A DNA stretch of 64,000 nt from Cyclobacteriaceae bacterium. Lineage in GTDB: Bacteria; Bacteroidota; Bacteroidia; Cytophagales; Cyclobacteriaceae. Numbering within the stretch: position 1 is the first letter of the stretch; each line of letters opens with the position of its first letter. The notes beneath the pieces are model-generated. The model saw nothing but the letters and a program-made list of their open reading frames with translations, ran no database searches and was not told the DNA's origin. Both the position numbers and the translations under genes were made by a program. This document shows, piece by piece, positions 38,983 to 48,417 of the stretch. The stretch spans positions 7,208-71,207 of the forward strand of contig JAAUQL010000012.1 of assembly GCA_012033595.1 (NCBI GenBank), written 5' to 3'.

Positions 38983-40059
38983 TCAATTATGTTTATTAAT
39001 AAATGAAACCACTTCCAGATAGAATTGCTCGGGAGCGTATCCGGGCAGTTCGTGCATAGTGTTTGGAAAAATAACCAGTTTTTTATCTGCTTCCGGGGTG
39101 CTTATTTTTTCATATGCTCTGTAAGCCAGCGTATCCGGAACACGAATGTCCATATCACCCCAAAGGAATAAGTAAGGGATATTTATCAAGGAAAGATTAT
39201 CCGAGACATAGGTGTCAGTCATTAGATGGCTCCATACATGACTGTTTGGCCGCGCTAAGATATCGCCGAAAATAGAAGTCAAGGAATTTGTAGGTGAGTT
39301 AAAAAATGCTTTCCAAGGCTTATCAACTTCTACGGAATAACTCACGACACCGTCTTTTTCTAATATCTTTTCTGCTTTTAATACGTGCTGATAATATTCA
39401 ACCACATAATCTAGGTCGATGCGTGATGTATCGAATTTGTCTGCGACCTCCTTAAGTTGAGTCCATTCGTTGATTGAATTTCCAATACTTATTTGCTGGT
39501 CTGCGATACTCCTTAGCTTCAAATAGGATGTTCTGCGGATCAATGGCCAATCATGACCACCGTTTATCTCAATCCAACCCTTCACTGGATGGTTACCATG
39601 ATGTCGAATCAAATAGCTGGTGCCCAGCATTCCGCCCCAACTGATTCCCATTAAAAATATTTTTGTATCTTTCCCATAACGGTGCTGAATCAGTTTGACG
39701 AGCTTGTCCAAATCATCTACATATTGATCCCTGATTAGTAAATCCTTACTGAAGTTTCCTTTCGATTCACCGGTAGCTCTTTGATCCCAATAAGCTACTG
39801 CAAATTCTTTTTCAAGCCTATTAAAAATGGATGAATATGCCAATATCTGCGAACCACCTAAAGGGCCTCCTTGCAAGAATAGCACAAGCGTTTTGTCTTT
39901 GAAATTACCCTGTACAGTCACTGGCATGTCAGCCCCGGCATTTCTTAAATAGAAATGATCATCCAGAAAATCGTCTACAAGAAAATCGTCCCTATCACAA
40001 CCAGTAAATAATATGGCAGTCAGTGAAACAACATATACTATCTTTATTCTGATTTTCAT
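38983..40059 (-). CDS. alpha/beta hydrolase (proline iminopeptidase-like), lipoprotein
   Basis: 358 aa with the lipobox LFTGCDRD. It has the HGGP-like oxyanion region LQGGPLGG, the nucleophile elbow GISWGG and a C-terminal His region (NTMHELP). Confidence 0.7.
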   Translation of the reverse strand: MKIRIKIVYVVSLTAILFTGCDRDDFLVDDFLDDHFYLRNAGADMPVTVQGNFKDKTLVLFLQGGPLGGSQILAYSSIFNRLEKEFAVAYWDQRATGESKGNFSKDLLIRDQYVDDLDKLVKLIQHRYGKDTKIFLMGISWGGMLGTSYLIRHHGNHPVKGWIEINGGHDWPLIRRTSYLKLRSIADQQISIGNSINEWTQLKEVADKFDTSRIDLDYVVEYYQHVLKAEKILEKDGVVSYSVEVDKPWKAFFNSPTNSLTSIFGDILARPNSHVWSHLMTDTYVSDNLSLINIPYLFLWGDMDIRVPDTLAYRAYEKISTPEADKKLVIFPNTMHELPGYAPEQFYLEVVSFINKHN

Positions 40060-40063
40060 GAGC

Positions 40064-40663
40064 CTAATTGATTTTGATTTTATACATGATACCGGCTTCC
40101 AAAGCTACACGCGGTAAAAAAGTAGTATTATGTGGCGCAAGAAAAAACAAACGAGGTCTTATATACCAACCTAAAGGAACATTAGATTTTCGGAAGAAGT
40201 CTTGACCCACTTCAAGGCTCATATCAAACATTATCTGTCCCTTGCCAGCCAAGCGCACTCTAGATATCTCACCATTATCGCCCACTTCAAATGTAGCAGA
40301 GTTGTAAAAATACCTGAAATAACCTACCCCCAAAGAACTCCCCAACATAAATCCATTTTTATAGATACGCTTACTACCATGAGAAACAAGCAGAAAAGTG
40401 CCCACATGATTTTGCTGGTGATTGTAAATCCCAAAACCAGCAGACAAGTATTTCCACTTTTGCCTGTCATTCTTTGTTTTGATTTGCAACTTATACGGAG
40501 CCATTATTTCCGTATTTAAACCAGGATGCGTGATGAATTCCCCAAGATAACCGATCTTCAGATCAAAGGATTCTCCAAACGAAATTTTTTGTGTTGTCTT
40601 TTGCCCAAAAGCTTGAAAAATAAATATGGAGAATACCATGAAGATAAATGAAGTTTTAACCAT
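40064..40663 (-). CDS. hypothetical secreted beta-rich protein (possible small OMP)
   Basis: 199 aa with a signal peptide (IFQAFGQ) and alternating hydrophobic pattern. It ends in an aromatic-rich strand. Confidence 0.45.
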   Translation of the reverse strand: MVKTSFIFMVFSIFIFQAFGQKTTQKISFGESFDLKIGYLGEFITHPGLNTEIMAPYKLQIKTKNDRQKWKYLSAGFGIYNHQQNHVGTFLLVSHGSKRIYKNGFMLGSSLGVGYFRYFYNSATFEVGDNGEISRVRLAGKGQIMFDMSLEVGQDFFRKSNVPLGWYIRPRLFFLAPHNTTFLPRVALEAGIMYKIKIN

Positions 40664-40675
40664 GAAATTTTTAGT

Positions 40676-41755
40676 TTATTCTATGCTTCTCATTTTACTT
40701 AAAATCAATGCCCCAAGTTCGGTCGCAGGAAGTGCGGTGCTGTTTCGCGAGTTCATCACCACAAAAACGCCTTGCTGTCTATTTTCATCAAAGCCAATAA
40801 ACGAATTAAAACCGTCTGTCCCCCCATTGTGCCAAGTAGCTGTATATCCTTCTTCCACTTTAGTGATAAACCATGAGAGTCCAAACCCATTTTGTTCATC
40901 TTCTTCAAAAGTGAACGTTTGAGCAAGTTCAAATACCTGCCCTAAGTCTGGATGGGTCTTTTGTATATTAGCAATTAGGTATTTCATCATGTCAGATGGG
41001 GTGGAAATAATAGAACCGGCAGCTTGGTTGGCTTGGGTCATTTTAAAAGGCTCCTGCTTATTTATACCGATGTATCCTGTTGCAAAATTTCCGTCTTGCT
41101 CCACGTTTGTATTTACATAAGATCGAGTCATCCCAAGTGGATTGAATATTTGTTGCTGAACTAAGGTCTCGTAACTGGTATTTTCTACCCGTTCCAATAA
41201 ATACCCTAGTAAACCCACTCCTACATTTGAATACTCATGCATTACACCTGGCTTTACGGATGGATTCCAGTTGTTTAAAAAACTAAAGAGTTCGGGCAAT
41301 CCATAGTCAGAAAACTTATCTGTATCGTTGTCAGGTTGACGCGGCATGCCCGATGTATGATTTGCCAAATGAACAAATCTTATCGAATCAGTAGCATAAA
41401 TATTCATATTTACACCTGATGGAAGGTAATCGTAAATAGGCTGGTTGAGTGAAGTACTTCCGTTTAGATGACTTTTTGCCAATAAAGTAGAAGTGAATGT
41501 TTTGGTAATCGAACCTATTTCAATCAATGTATTTTCATCAAATGGTTGGCCTGAATCGAGGTTTCTAACCCCAAAAAAATAATACGATATTTCATTATTT
41601 TGAAATACACCTATTCCAATACCTGGAGTGTTGGCAGTAAATAAATAAGGTTGAACAGTTTGGTTAATATATTCTGCTAAGTTATTTGGTTGTAACAACT
41701 CTTTATCAGAACAACCGAACATTAATATTATCAACGAATAAAAAACTTTTTTCAT
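40676..41755 (-). CDS. serine hydrolase, class C beta-lactamase / DD-peptidase family
   Basis: 359 aa with the lipobox LMFGCSDK. It has the SxxK motif in EIGSITKTF, a Tyr-x-Asn region (YSNVG) and a late HNGGTDG motif. Confidence 0.75.
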   Translation of the reverse strand: MKKVFYSLIILMFGCSDKELLQPNNLAEYINQTVQPYLFTANTPGIGIGVFQNNEISYYFFGVRNLDSGQPFDENTLIEIGSITKTFTSTLLAKSHLNGSTSLNQPIYDYLPSGVNMNIYATDSIRFVHLANHTSGMPRQPDNDTDKFSDYGLPELFSFLNNWNPSVKPGVMHEYSNVGVGLLGYLLERVENTSYETLVQQQIFNPLGMTRSYVNTNVEQDGNFATGYIGINKQEPFKMTQANQAAGSIISTPSDMMKYLIANIQKTHPDLGQVFELAQTFTFEEDEQNGFGLSWFITKVEEGYTATWHNGGTDGFNSFIGFDENRQQGVFVVMNSRNSTALPATELGALILSKMRSIE

Positions 41756-41760
41756 AACGA

Positions 41761-42408
41761 TTAAAATTTACGTGATACACCTAATGAAAATGACGGAACT
41801 ACAACCTGATAAACAATAGGTTCGGTTTTTATCACGCTGCCAAGAGTTGAGGATAAACCAATGTTTAGATTTATCAGATGTAATTTATCTACTTTAACCT
41901 TAATGCCAGAACCTATTAGTAAACCGCTCTGCCAAGAATTAAACCATGCGCTTACATTTTCATCTGAAACGAATAGTTCATCGCTGGTCTTAGCATTTAT
42001 CAATCTTCCCAAGCTATAGCCCAAATGAATATCGAACCTAAGCCTTTGTCTTTCGAACGCAGCATATCCTATGAGAAAATTAGAATTTATATAATTAACA
42101 TTGGTTTGCCGTATAGATTTGTAGCCGCCACCTTCCGGAGAATAAGCCAATTGTAATTCGGCATAGAATCTTTTTAAGAGATAGTATCGCCCAAAACATG
42201 AAACACCTACCCGAAAACGACTACCTGATGGAGAAAATCCAAAATCTATCGGGTGCCCGTGCGAAAATTTTGGAGAATTAAGGAGTAGATATAAACCAAG
42301 TTCAACCTTTGTAAATATGTATTCATCCTTCGTAGAATCACCTTGCTGGCCTTTAACAACTGGAGCCAGGCATAAAAGAATAATGATGATAATTGATATT
42401 TTTTGCAT
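41761..42408 (-). CDS. porin-family outer-membrane beta-barrel protein
   Basis: 215 aa with a signal peptide and repeated amphipathic strands. The C-terminal residue is F. Confidence 0.55.
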   Translation of the reverse strand: MQKISIIIIILLCLAPVVKGQQGDSTKDEYIFTKVELGLYLLLNSPKFSHGHPIDFGFSPSGSRFRVGVSCFGRYYLLKRFYAELQLAYSPEGGGYKSIRQTNVNYINSNFLIGYAAFERQRLRFDIHLGYSLGRLINAKTSDELFVSDENVSAWFNSWQSGLLIGSGIKVKVDKLHLINLNIGLSSTLGSVIKTEPIVYQVVVPSFSLGVSRKF

Positions 42409-42489
42409 AAGGGCTAATAATTAATGTCATTTTCATTTATGCAGCAAAAATATATTCAATCAATGAATACCAATTTGACCTAAGTCAAT

Positions 42490-43053
42490 TCAACTTATCT
42501 TTTTTCTAATCCGGCTTAAACGCTCCTTAGAAATACCCAGGTAGGATGCCATGTATTTTAAGGGAATCAGAGAGGCTTCTTTTGGCTGACGTTGCAATAA
42601 TTTTAAATATCGCTGCTCTGCTGTAAGTATTTTTGATTCAATACTTCGATAAGTAAGTATCTCGATATAATTACTGAGAAGTTTTTCGGTTAAGGTACTT
42701 ACTATAGGATTTCTAAGAAAGTATTTTTCAAACTCATTTTTTCTGACAACTAATATTTCACTGTCTTGCAATGCTTCAATACACTCTTTAGTGGGAGTTC
42801 CATGAATATAAGCAAAGGGGGAAGTATCGAAATCTCCTTTAAATGAAAACCCAACTGTAACTTCTTCATTTTGAAACCATCTGAATGCTCTAAAACAACC
42901 ACTTAGCACAATCCAGAAAAAGTCGACTTTTTGACCTTCTAAGACAATAATATCCGCTGCCTCAATTGTTCTTTTTTTGCCTATTAGTTCAAATAAAGCC
43001 AGAAGTTGTCTTTCCTCATTCTCTGCAAAAATATTATTTGGATTTAGTGTCAT
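42490..43053 (-). CDS. Crp/Fnr family transcriptional regulator
   Basis: ORF 42490..43086 trimmed to Met12. It has a cNMP-binding beta-roll (VLEGQKVDFFWIVLSGCFRAF) and a C-terminal HTH (MASYLGISKERLSRIRKK). Confidence 0.75.
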   Translation of the reverse strand: MTLNPNNIFAENEERQLLALFELIGKKRTIEAADIIVLEGQKVDFFWIVLSGCFRAFRWFQNEEVTVGFSFKGDFDTSPFAYIHGTPTKECIEALQDSEILVVRKNEFEKYFLRNPIVSTLTEKLLSNYIEILTYRSIESKILTAEQRYLKLLQRQPKEASLIPLKYMASYLGISKERLSRIRKKIS

Positions 43054-43108
43054 GGTGAGTCTCGTACAATGCCCGCAAACGTTCAAGGCTATACGCAGGC
43101 AAAGTTTT

Positions 43109-43827
43109 TTACGTATGTCTGATAAAATGAGCCTGATCTGTGTAATCTAGGATGTGGGCTATTTCCGTCAATTTAAAATCTGAATTTTTAATAAGCTCAT
43201 TGCTTCCCTGAAATGGGTTATTTTTACAAAATGACGAGGAGAAACCCCAATGGTTTGCTTGTACCGTCTCTGAAGCTTCCGTTCAGAAGTATTATAATAG
43301 CTTACCAGATCGCGCACATTGAGTATTCCCTTGCTCTGCTGAATTTTAAGAACACTATCTTTTACCAACAGGTCTGTACCATGTGTATGCTTTAATCGTG
43401 CACGTAAAAAATCAAAGAGAATATTGACCTGCTGCTGAAGATCAGGGGTGCTGATGATGTGATTTGTAATGTTCCATCCAGCAAAGTCATCCAGAAAAAT
43501 CTCCTGATCGGTTAATTCAGAGGCATCAATACCAAAGAGCTCATAAATCCCATGGGGATGAAATACTGCGGCTACCGCAGAGAATCCCGAAACAGGCACA
43601 TTGGACTTAGAGGCGGTTGACATTCCATATAGCATAGAGAAGGGAATGAACTGTCCACCTTCCATCATAGCACTTCTGCCATTGTCATGTTGAACCACAA
43701 AACAAGATGCATCATTGACCAGGGTGCTAATTTGCAAGTTCTGATGAATATGATCCATCTTATATCCCCCAAAATATTTTACATAGGGAGCCAGTTCGGC
43801 AGGAGGTGGTACAATTAAATAGTTCAT
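43109..43827 (-). CDS. AraC-family transcriptional regulator, C-terminus disrupted by a homopolymer indel
   Basis: ORF 43168..43827 ends after the first HTH (VRDLVSYYNTSERKLQRRYKQTIGVSPRHFVKITHFREAMSLL). Adding one base to the T5 run at 43186-43190 continues as KNSDFKLTEIAHILDYTDQAHFIRH, the second AraC HTH. The true 3-prime end is uncertain. Confidence 0.65.
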
Positions 43828-44025
43828 CGGTCTTATGAATACTGCAACGATAGAGACGTATAAAACTTCATTTCTTTCATCTGATCATCTAATAATATTC
43901 ATCCATAAACGTTTTTGTCGCACAATTGGTTGATCATAACCAGACTCAATAAAAGTCTGATAGAAAAGATTTGATAAGCGGCTATCATTAATGTAAATGA
44001 TCATATCCTCTAATAGAAGCACCAA

Positions 44026-45306
44026 TTATTTTAAGCCAAGGTTCAATCTGAGGTTTACCCCTGCTGTACTAAAGGATAATTCGCTACTGCTCAATCTGCT
44101 CAATGGATGCTTGTAATAAGGTTCTACAATTAAACGCAACTGGCTATTTAATTTATAGGAGTATCCAAACGAAAGGTTTAACTGTCCGGCAAGGTCAAAC
44201 TGCTCAAATGCTTCAGATTGCCTTATCTCTGTCTCGGAAATCTGGACAGTCTGATAAACTTCAACAAGTTTCCCATTCTGACCTTCCTGATAGGTGGTTA
44301 TGATATTTGGTATAAGAAATTCCGATTCGGTTTTTTCTCCCAGGTATGCCAGAGAGGATACACCTACTGCCACATACATAGCATTATCTTTTCGTTCCGA
44401 AAAAGTATATCTTATGTTCACCGGAATGTCCAGGTTCAACAAATCAGTGGTTACAGACTGCAAAGCTTTGGAACCGGTAAGTACTGAAGGGTTTTCATTG
44501 ACCTCACTGGTCAACGTTTGATCTGATAGATGTACTCCGGTGTATAGCGCAAATTTTTCATTAAAGGGGATTTCCGTAGTCAAACCGCCACCTACCCCAG
44601 GTTGTGGAGATGATGTCCCCGGTGAAGAGCTCATCAATGATGATAAGACGATGCCAAAGACAATTGGGGTGTTATTGGTTTTAGCCTCTAATTCCTCCAT
44701 ATTCTGCTTAGCAAGCAAATGCTCTTCTAATGAAGATTGAGTCATGGTAGTATGATTTGTTACCAGACTGGGAATAGTTTGTGGTGATAGATTGAAGGAT
44801 AACCCTATTGGGGAAATCTTTTCAAGATTTAGAACCAAAGGATTTATTTTAGCACCCTCCTCTTTGGCATTAGTATTATTGTAGAACTGATTATTGGATG
44901 CTATAAATACATCTGTTTTGCCGGACGGCTGCTCTGATTGTTTTTTGACTTTAGTATCAGTTTCTGATGATATTAGGTTCTGAAGTGACGACCCTTCATC
45001 AGAGTCTAAAGCATTGTCAGCATTCGTAATATCTTTTTCTTTCTGTTCAAGGGTATCTTTTTCAACTGCTTGCCGGTAAATAATTGTCTCTTGAGATGCG
45101 CCAGGAAAAAGTTCATTCTGGAACAATACAGCAAATACAATAAGCGATATGGAAGCTGCAATTCCTGCCGCTTTATAAAAAATAATAAAACTTCGCTTAC
45201 GATTACGTTTTTGTTCAAACCTTTCCCAGGCACCTTTTTCATATGGAACTTCGTAGTCGGTTAAAATCTTTCGGACTTCAATTCTATGGTGATTTTTATC
45301 TTCCAT
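44026..45306 (-). CDS. membrane-anchored protein with low-complexity linker and C-terminal porin-family beta-barrel domain (sits in the anti-sigma position)
   Basis: 426 aa. It has a ~45-aa cytoplasmic N-terminus, a TM segment (FIIFYKAAGIAASISLIVFAVLF), an S/T/N/Q/E-rich linker and a C-terminal OMP_b-brl-like part (LLNLDIPVNIRYTF ... GVNLRLNLGLK). It overlaps the upstream ECF sigma gene by 11 nt. Confidence 0.6.
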   Translation of the reverse strand: MEDKNHHRIEVRKILTDYEVPYEKGAWERFEQKRNRKRSFIIFYKAAGIAASISLIVFAVLFQNELFPGASQETIIYRQAVEKDTLEQKEKDITNADNALDSDEGSSLQNLISSETDTKVKKQSEQPSGKTDVFIASNNQFYNNTNAKEEGAKINPLVLNLEKISPIGLSFNLSPQTIPSLVTNHTTMTQSSLEEHLLAKQNMEELEAKTNNTPIVFGIVLSSLMSSSPGTSSPQPGVGGGLTTEIPFNEKFALYTGVHLSDQTLTSEVNENPSVLTGSKALQSVTTDLLNLDIPVNIRYTFSERKDNAMYVAVGVSSLAYLGEKTESEFLIPNIITTYQEGQNGKLVEVYQTVQISETEIRQSEAFEQFDLAGQLNLSFGYSYKLNSQLRLIVEPYYKHPLSRLSSSELSFSTAGVNLRLNLGLK

Positions 45307-45886
45307 TGTCTATTCCAAAGTAAGCATGACATAACTCTCTCAACCTTTGCTTTGCCCTGGTGAGATATACCCTGGAAGAACTTTCAGGAATGCCTAACTG
45401 GGTGGCAATTTCCTGATGGCTGTATCCCTCTATTTCATAGAGATTAAAAGTATAACGCTGTATATCTGGTAACAGAGCAATAATTTGTAATAGATCCTCA
45501 GCTGACAGTTTGGAAAAAGCACTTTCATTTGATGTAACAAAAAAGTGGTCAATTTCAATATAATGAGAGTGGCGTTTATTTCTTCGCAAATGATCTAAGG
45601 CAGAATTGATGGTAATTTTTCTTAACCAACCCTTAAATGATTGTTGCAAGTCAAATTTGTTGATGTGAGAAAAAACTTTCATAAAAGTATCATTCGTAAT
45701 TTCCTGGGCATCTTTTTTATCAGAAGCATAACGTAAACAAATGGCCATAACAAATCCATAAAAATGCTTGTAAAGCTTCTCTTCAGAATGATTGATGCCT
45801 TGCTGGCAAGCATGAACAAGTAGGGCTTCAATCTGAGGACGTTTAAATTCGTCAGAGGATACCTCCGGGTTTGATTCTTTATACAC
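45296..45886 (-). CDS. ECF-type RNA polymerase sigma-70 factor
   Basis: 196 aa. Region 2 is DAQEITNDTFMKVFSHINKFD...FKGWLRKITINSALDHLRR. Region 4 is IQRYTFNLYEIEGYSHQEIATQLGIPESSSRVYLTRAKQRLR. Confidence 0.85.
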   Translation of the reverse strand: MYKESNPEVSSDEFKRPQIEALLVHACQQGINHSEEKLYKHFYGFVMAICLRYASDKKDAQEITNDTFMKVFSHINKFDLQQSFKGWLRKITINSALDHLRRNKRHSHYIEIDHFFVTSNESAFSKLSAEDLLQIIALLPDIQRYTFNLYEIEGYSHQEIATQLGIPESSSRVYLTRAKQRLRELCHAYFGIDNGR

Positions 45887-45943
45887 TTTTTTTCGTCATG
45901 ATCACAGCGCATCCCGGACTGTTCCGGGAGCGCTGAAAATACA

Positions 45944-46462
45944 TTAGCCGTTGGACACAGTTTCATCACAATTGCCCTCACAAGTGACACCTTGAAGGGA
46001 AGATGCGTTGGCGACATGAAAAATTGTTTCTTTCACCAATTGCTCGTCACCAATAAATCCTACCAAGTCAATTGTGATCACCTTTCGGACAGTCTCATCC
46101 AGGATGAACTTATTGGGACAACCAGTGGCCTGAAATTTAAGGAACAGTGTAGCCTGCATAGGGTATGATTCCATGATAGCCCCATCCCAAATCACATGAA
46201 AAGTACCTTCACAACCTTTTGCATATGAGACTTCTACTTTTAGCGTATCTCCAGTTCGCTGAATGTGGTCAATTGAAAATGGACTGCTATAGTCATCGGA
46301 ACGGAGGCGGCTGGCCTCATCAAACATAGCTTTGTTTTTGTAAAAATTTACCGGTTCAGAACCCAGTATAATGGGTTCATTGGTAGCTTCAAGGTCATCC
46401 TGACAGGATGTGATGCTTCCTATCAGAATCAATAGCAAGCAAAAAAACAGTTTCTTTTTCAT
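45944..46462 (-). CDS. hypothetical lipoprotein
   Basis: 172 aa with the lipobox GSITSCQDD. Family not recognised. Confidence 0.5.
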   Translation of the reverse strand: MKKKLFFCLLLILIGSITSCQDDLEATNEPIILGSEPVNFYKNKAMFDEASRLRSDDYSSPFSIDHIQRTGDTLKVEVSYAKGCEGTFHVIWDGAIMESYPMQATLFLKFQATGCPNKFILDETVRKVITIDLVGFIGDEQLVKETIFHVANASSLQGVTCEGNCDETVSNG

Positions 46463-47254
46463 TTTTTGTTCGTTTTATAGTACAACATGCTCCCAATACG
46501 TCCGCCTTGATCAAAACGCTACAGCAGAATTAAAGAAATTGGAGTTGATTGATTTAATCAAGCTGAAGAGGTGCTTTGATCTTTCAATATTTTCAGGCCA
46601 CTGGATATGAAAGAGAGATTCTTCCGCAATGATCTCTAAAGAAAATGCTGAGAAATTGTATGTTTCCGACAGGTAGACAATTTGATATAAAGGAAGTGAG
46701 TGTAAAAAGATAAATAGCCCATGTCATCTAGCAGCTCTTTACCAAGAAGGTCAATATATATATATCAGCTGGATTTGCAACAAAAAACTGGACAAATTAT
46801 TAAGCCCGGTATTTATTTAATGTTCAACTGCACTAAACATTAATAGATGTAAAATACTCAATTTTAGCGATACAGCGCTCACTATCATTTATACATTGTT
46901 GAACTAAACCTCCCATTCGGGAGGTAGTCTGAGCATTCTGCATAAAATGAGTATCATGCCCATTATCAAATACATTTAGGACATGGATGACAGGTAGATA
47001 TTCATACCAGAAATCCACTTCAGGCAGATAGCCAAACAGGTCTTGCACAATACTTATCCCGGTTTGATCTTGAGACCGACCGAATCAAAGGGGACCTGTA
47101 CCATCTTCAAAAACGATACAAACCTCACAATAGAATACAATCTGACACCCACTACAAAAAAATCCGAACTAGAAGGGTGGGTAGACCCCTTGCCCTGGTG
47201 TAAACAAAATAAGCGCGCTTATACTGTTTTGTTTACATTCTAAATTTTATCAAC

Positions 47255-47788
47255 ATGAAAAGTCTATTGAAATTATCTTTGATCCTGCTGCCTTTTTTGG
47301 CAGCAGGTGAGATACAGGCTCAGTGTAGCATTACTACTGATGGAGACCCAAACGCTTGTCCATCCAGCAATTTATCAGCACGGTTGGAGTTTTATGAACT
47401 TCCAGGTCAACCCCCTACAGGTATGAATCCCAATCCGGCACGGATTATTACCAGTGCAAGCCAGCTACAACCCAATACACAATACAGGTTGTATATATTT
47501 CACGACAGTTTTCCCAATGAAAATGTAATCGCTTGTATGGGCAATCCCATAGGATTTTTACCGTCCGGCTTTACACCATTTTGCCCCACATGTAGGGATA
47601 TGGGTAGTTTTGCTTATTTTCTCATCACTACCAATCCAAGTTACCAACCAGGGGATCAACTGACGTTTGCTATTTATGTGGGTTGCTCACAAGATAAAAG
47701 TTGTGGATCAACATATTGTGGAAGCCCTTACGAAATTGAGTATGTATTATTTGGATCTGATCCCGAAGCATCATTCTCCCTTCCTTAA
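47255..47788 (+). CDS. hypothetical secreted Cys-rich protein
   Basis: 177 aa with a signal peptide (LPFLAAGEIQAQ) and 10 or more Cys residues. Confidence 0.45.
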   Translation: MKSLLKLSLILLPFLAAGEIQAQCSITTDGDPNACPSSNLSARLEFYELPGQPPTGMNPNPARIITSASQLQPNTQYRLYIFHDSFPNENVIACMGNPIGFLPSGFTPFCPTCRDMGSFAYFLITTNPSYQPGDQLTFAIYVGCSQDKSCGSTYCGSPYEIEYVLFGSDPEASFSLP

Positions 47789-47821
47789 TCTATCTGTCGA
47801 AATCCTTTAAATTATAATACG

Positions 47822-48349
47822 ATGAAACATGCAATCTTATTTAGTGTTGGCGTGATGTTCTTTTTGTGTTCCTGTGAACAGGAGTTGGCTGAAATAACTA
47901 GTGATGACCAATTCGCAGATGATGGGAAAGTAGCTAACGTTCACTCAGAAATGGCTTATATTACTACAGATCCCGATGAGTATCTGCACCTTTTGGCCTC
48001 CAATGAAGTTTTTCAAGATTTTCGGGAGCATTTGGGAGACCAATTTACCTTGAAGAATTTCCGGATATTCCCAGCAGCAAAAACTGATAACAGTATTGTC
48101 CATATACCTGTTATCCTGGAATCATCAGGTTTTATGTCGGTAGTAGCTATTATTGGGAACAAAGAAGTACAGGATGTTTATTTGCTTAATACAGCGCAAA
48201 GCAGTGTTACATCCGGTATTCAAATCAATCTGTATGACCATGAGTATAAACTCACCTATTCTGAACAGATAGAGGATGATGAATTGATGTCTGAGAAAAA
48301 GGTGGCTGAAATAGAAAGAATAGATCATATCATATATCATTTATTCTGA
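47822..48349 (+). CDS. hypothetical lipoprotein
   Basis: 175 aa with the lipobox FFLCSCEQE. Confidence 0.45.
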   Translation: MKHAILFSVGVMFFLCSCEQELAEITSDDQFADDGKVANVHSEMAYITTDPDEYLHLLASNEVFQDFREHLGDQFTLKNFRIFPAAKTDNSIVHIPVILESSGFMSVVAIIGNKEVQDVYLLNTAQSSVTSGIQINLYDHEYKLTYSEQIEDDELMSEKKVAEIERIDHIIYHLF

Positions 48350-48417
48350 GTAATTTTTTAAGCAAGGCAGACGTTAATATAACTTCTGTCTTACTTAATA
48401 CCTTTTGATGTGCGATT

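Noticed and set aside
46755-46768. A short (AT)n run in the 46.5-47.2 kb gap as a microsatellite or phase-variation site, and ORF 46833..47048 as a gene.
   Set aside because: There are only about six AT units and they are not next to a convincing promoter or start codon. The 71-aa ORF has no recognisable motif or signal, and its upstream reading is broken. The evidence is insufficient.
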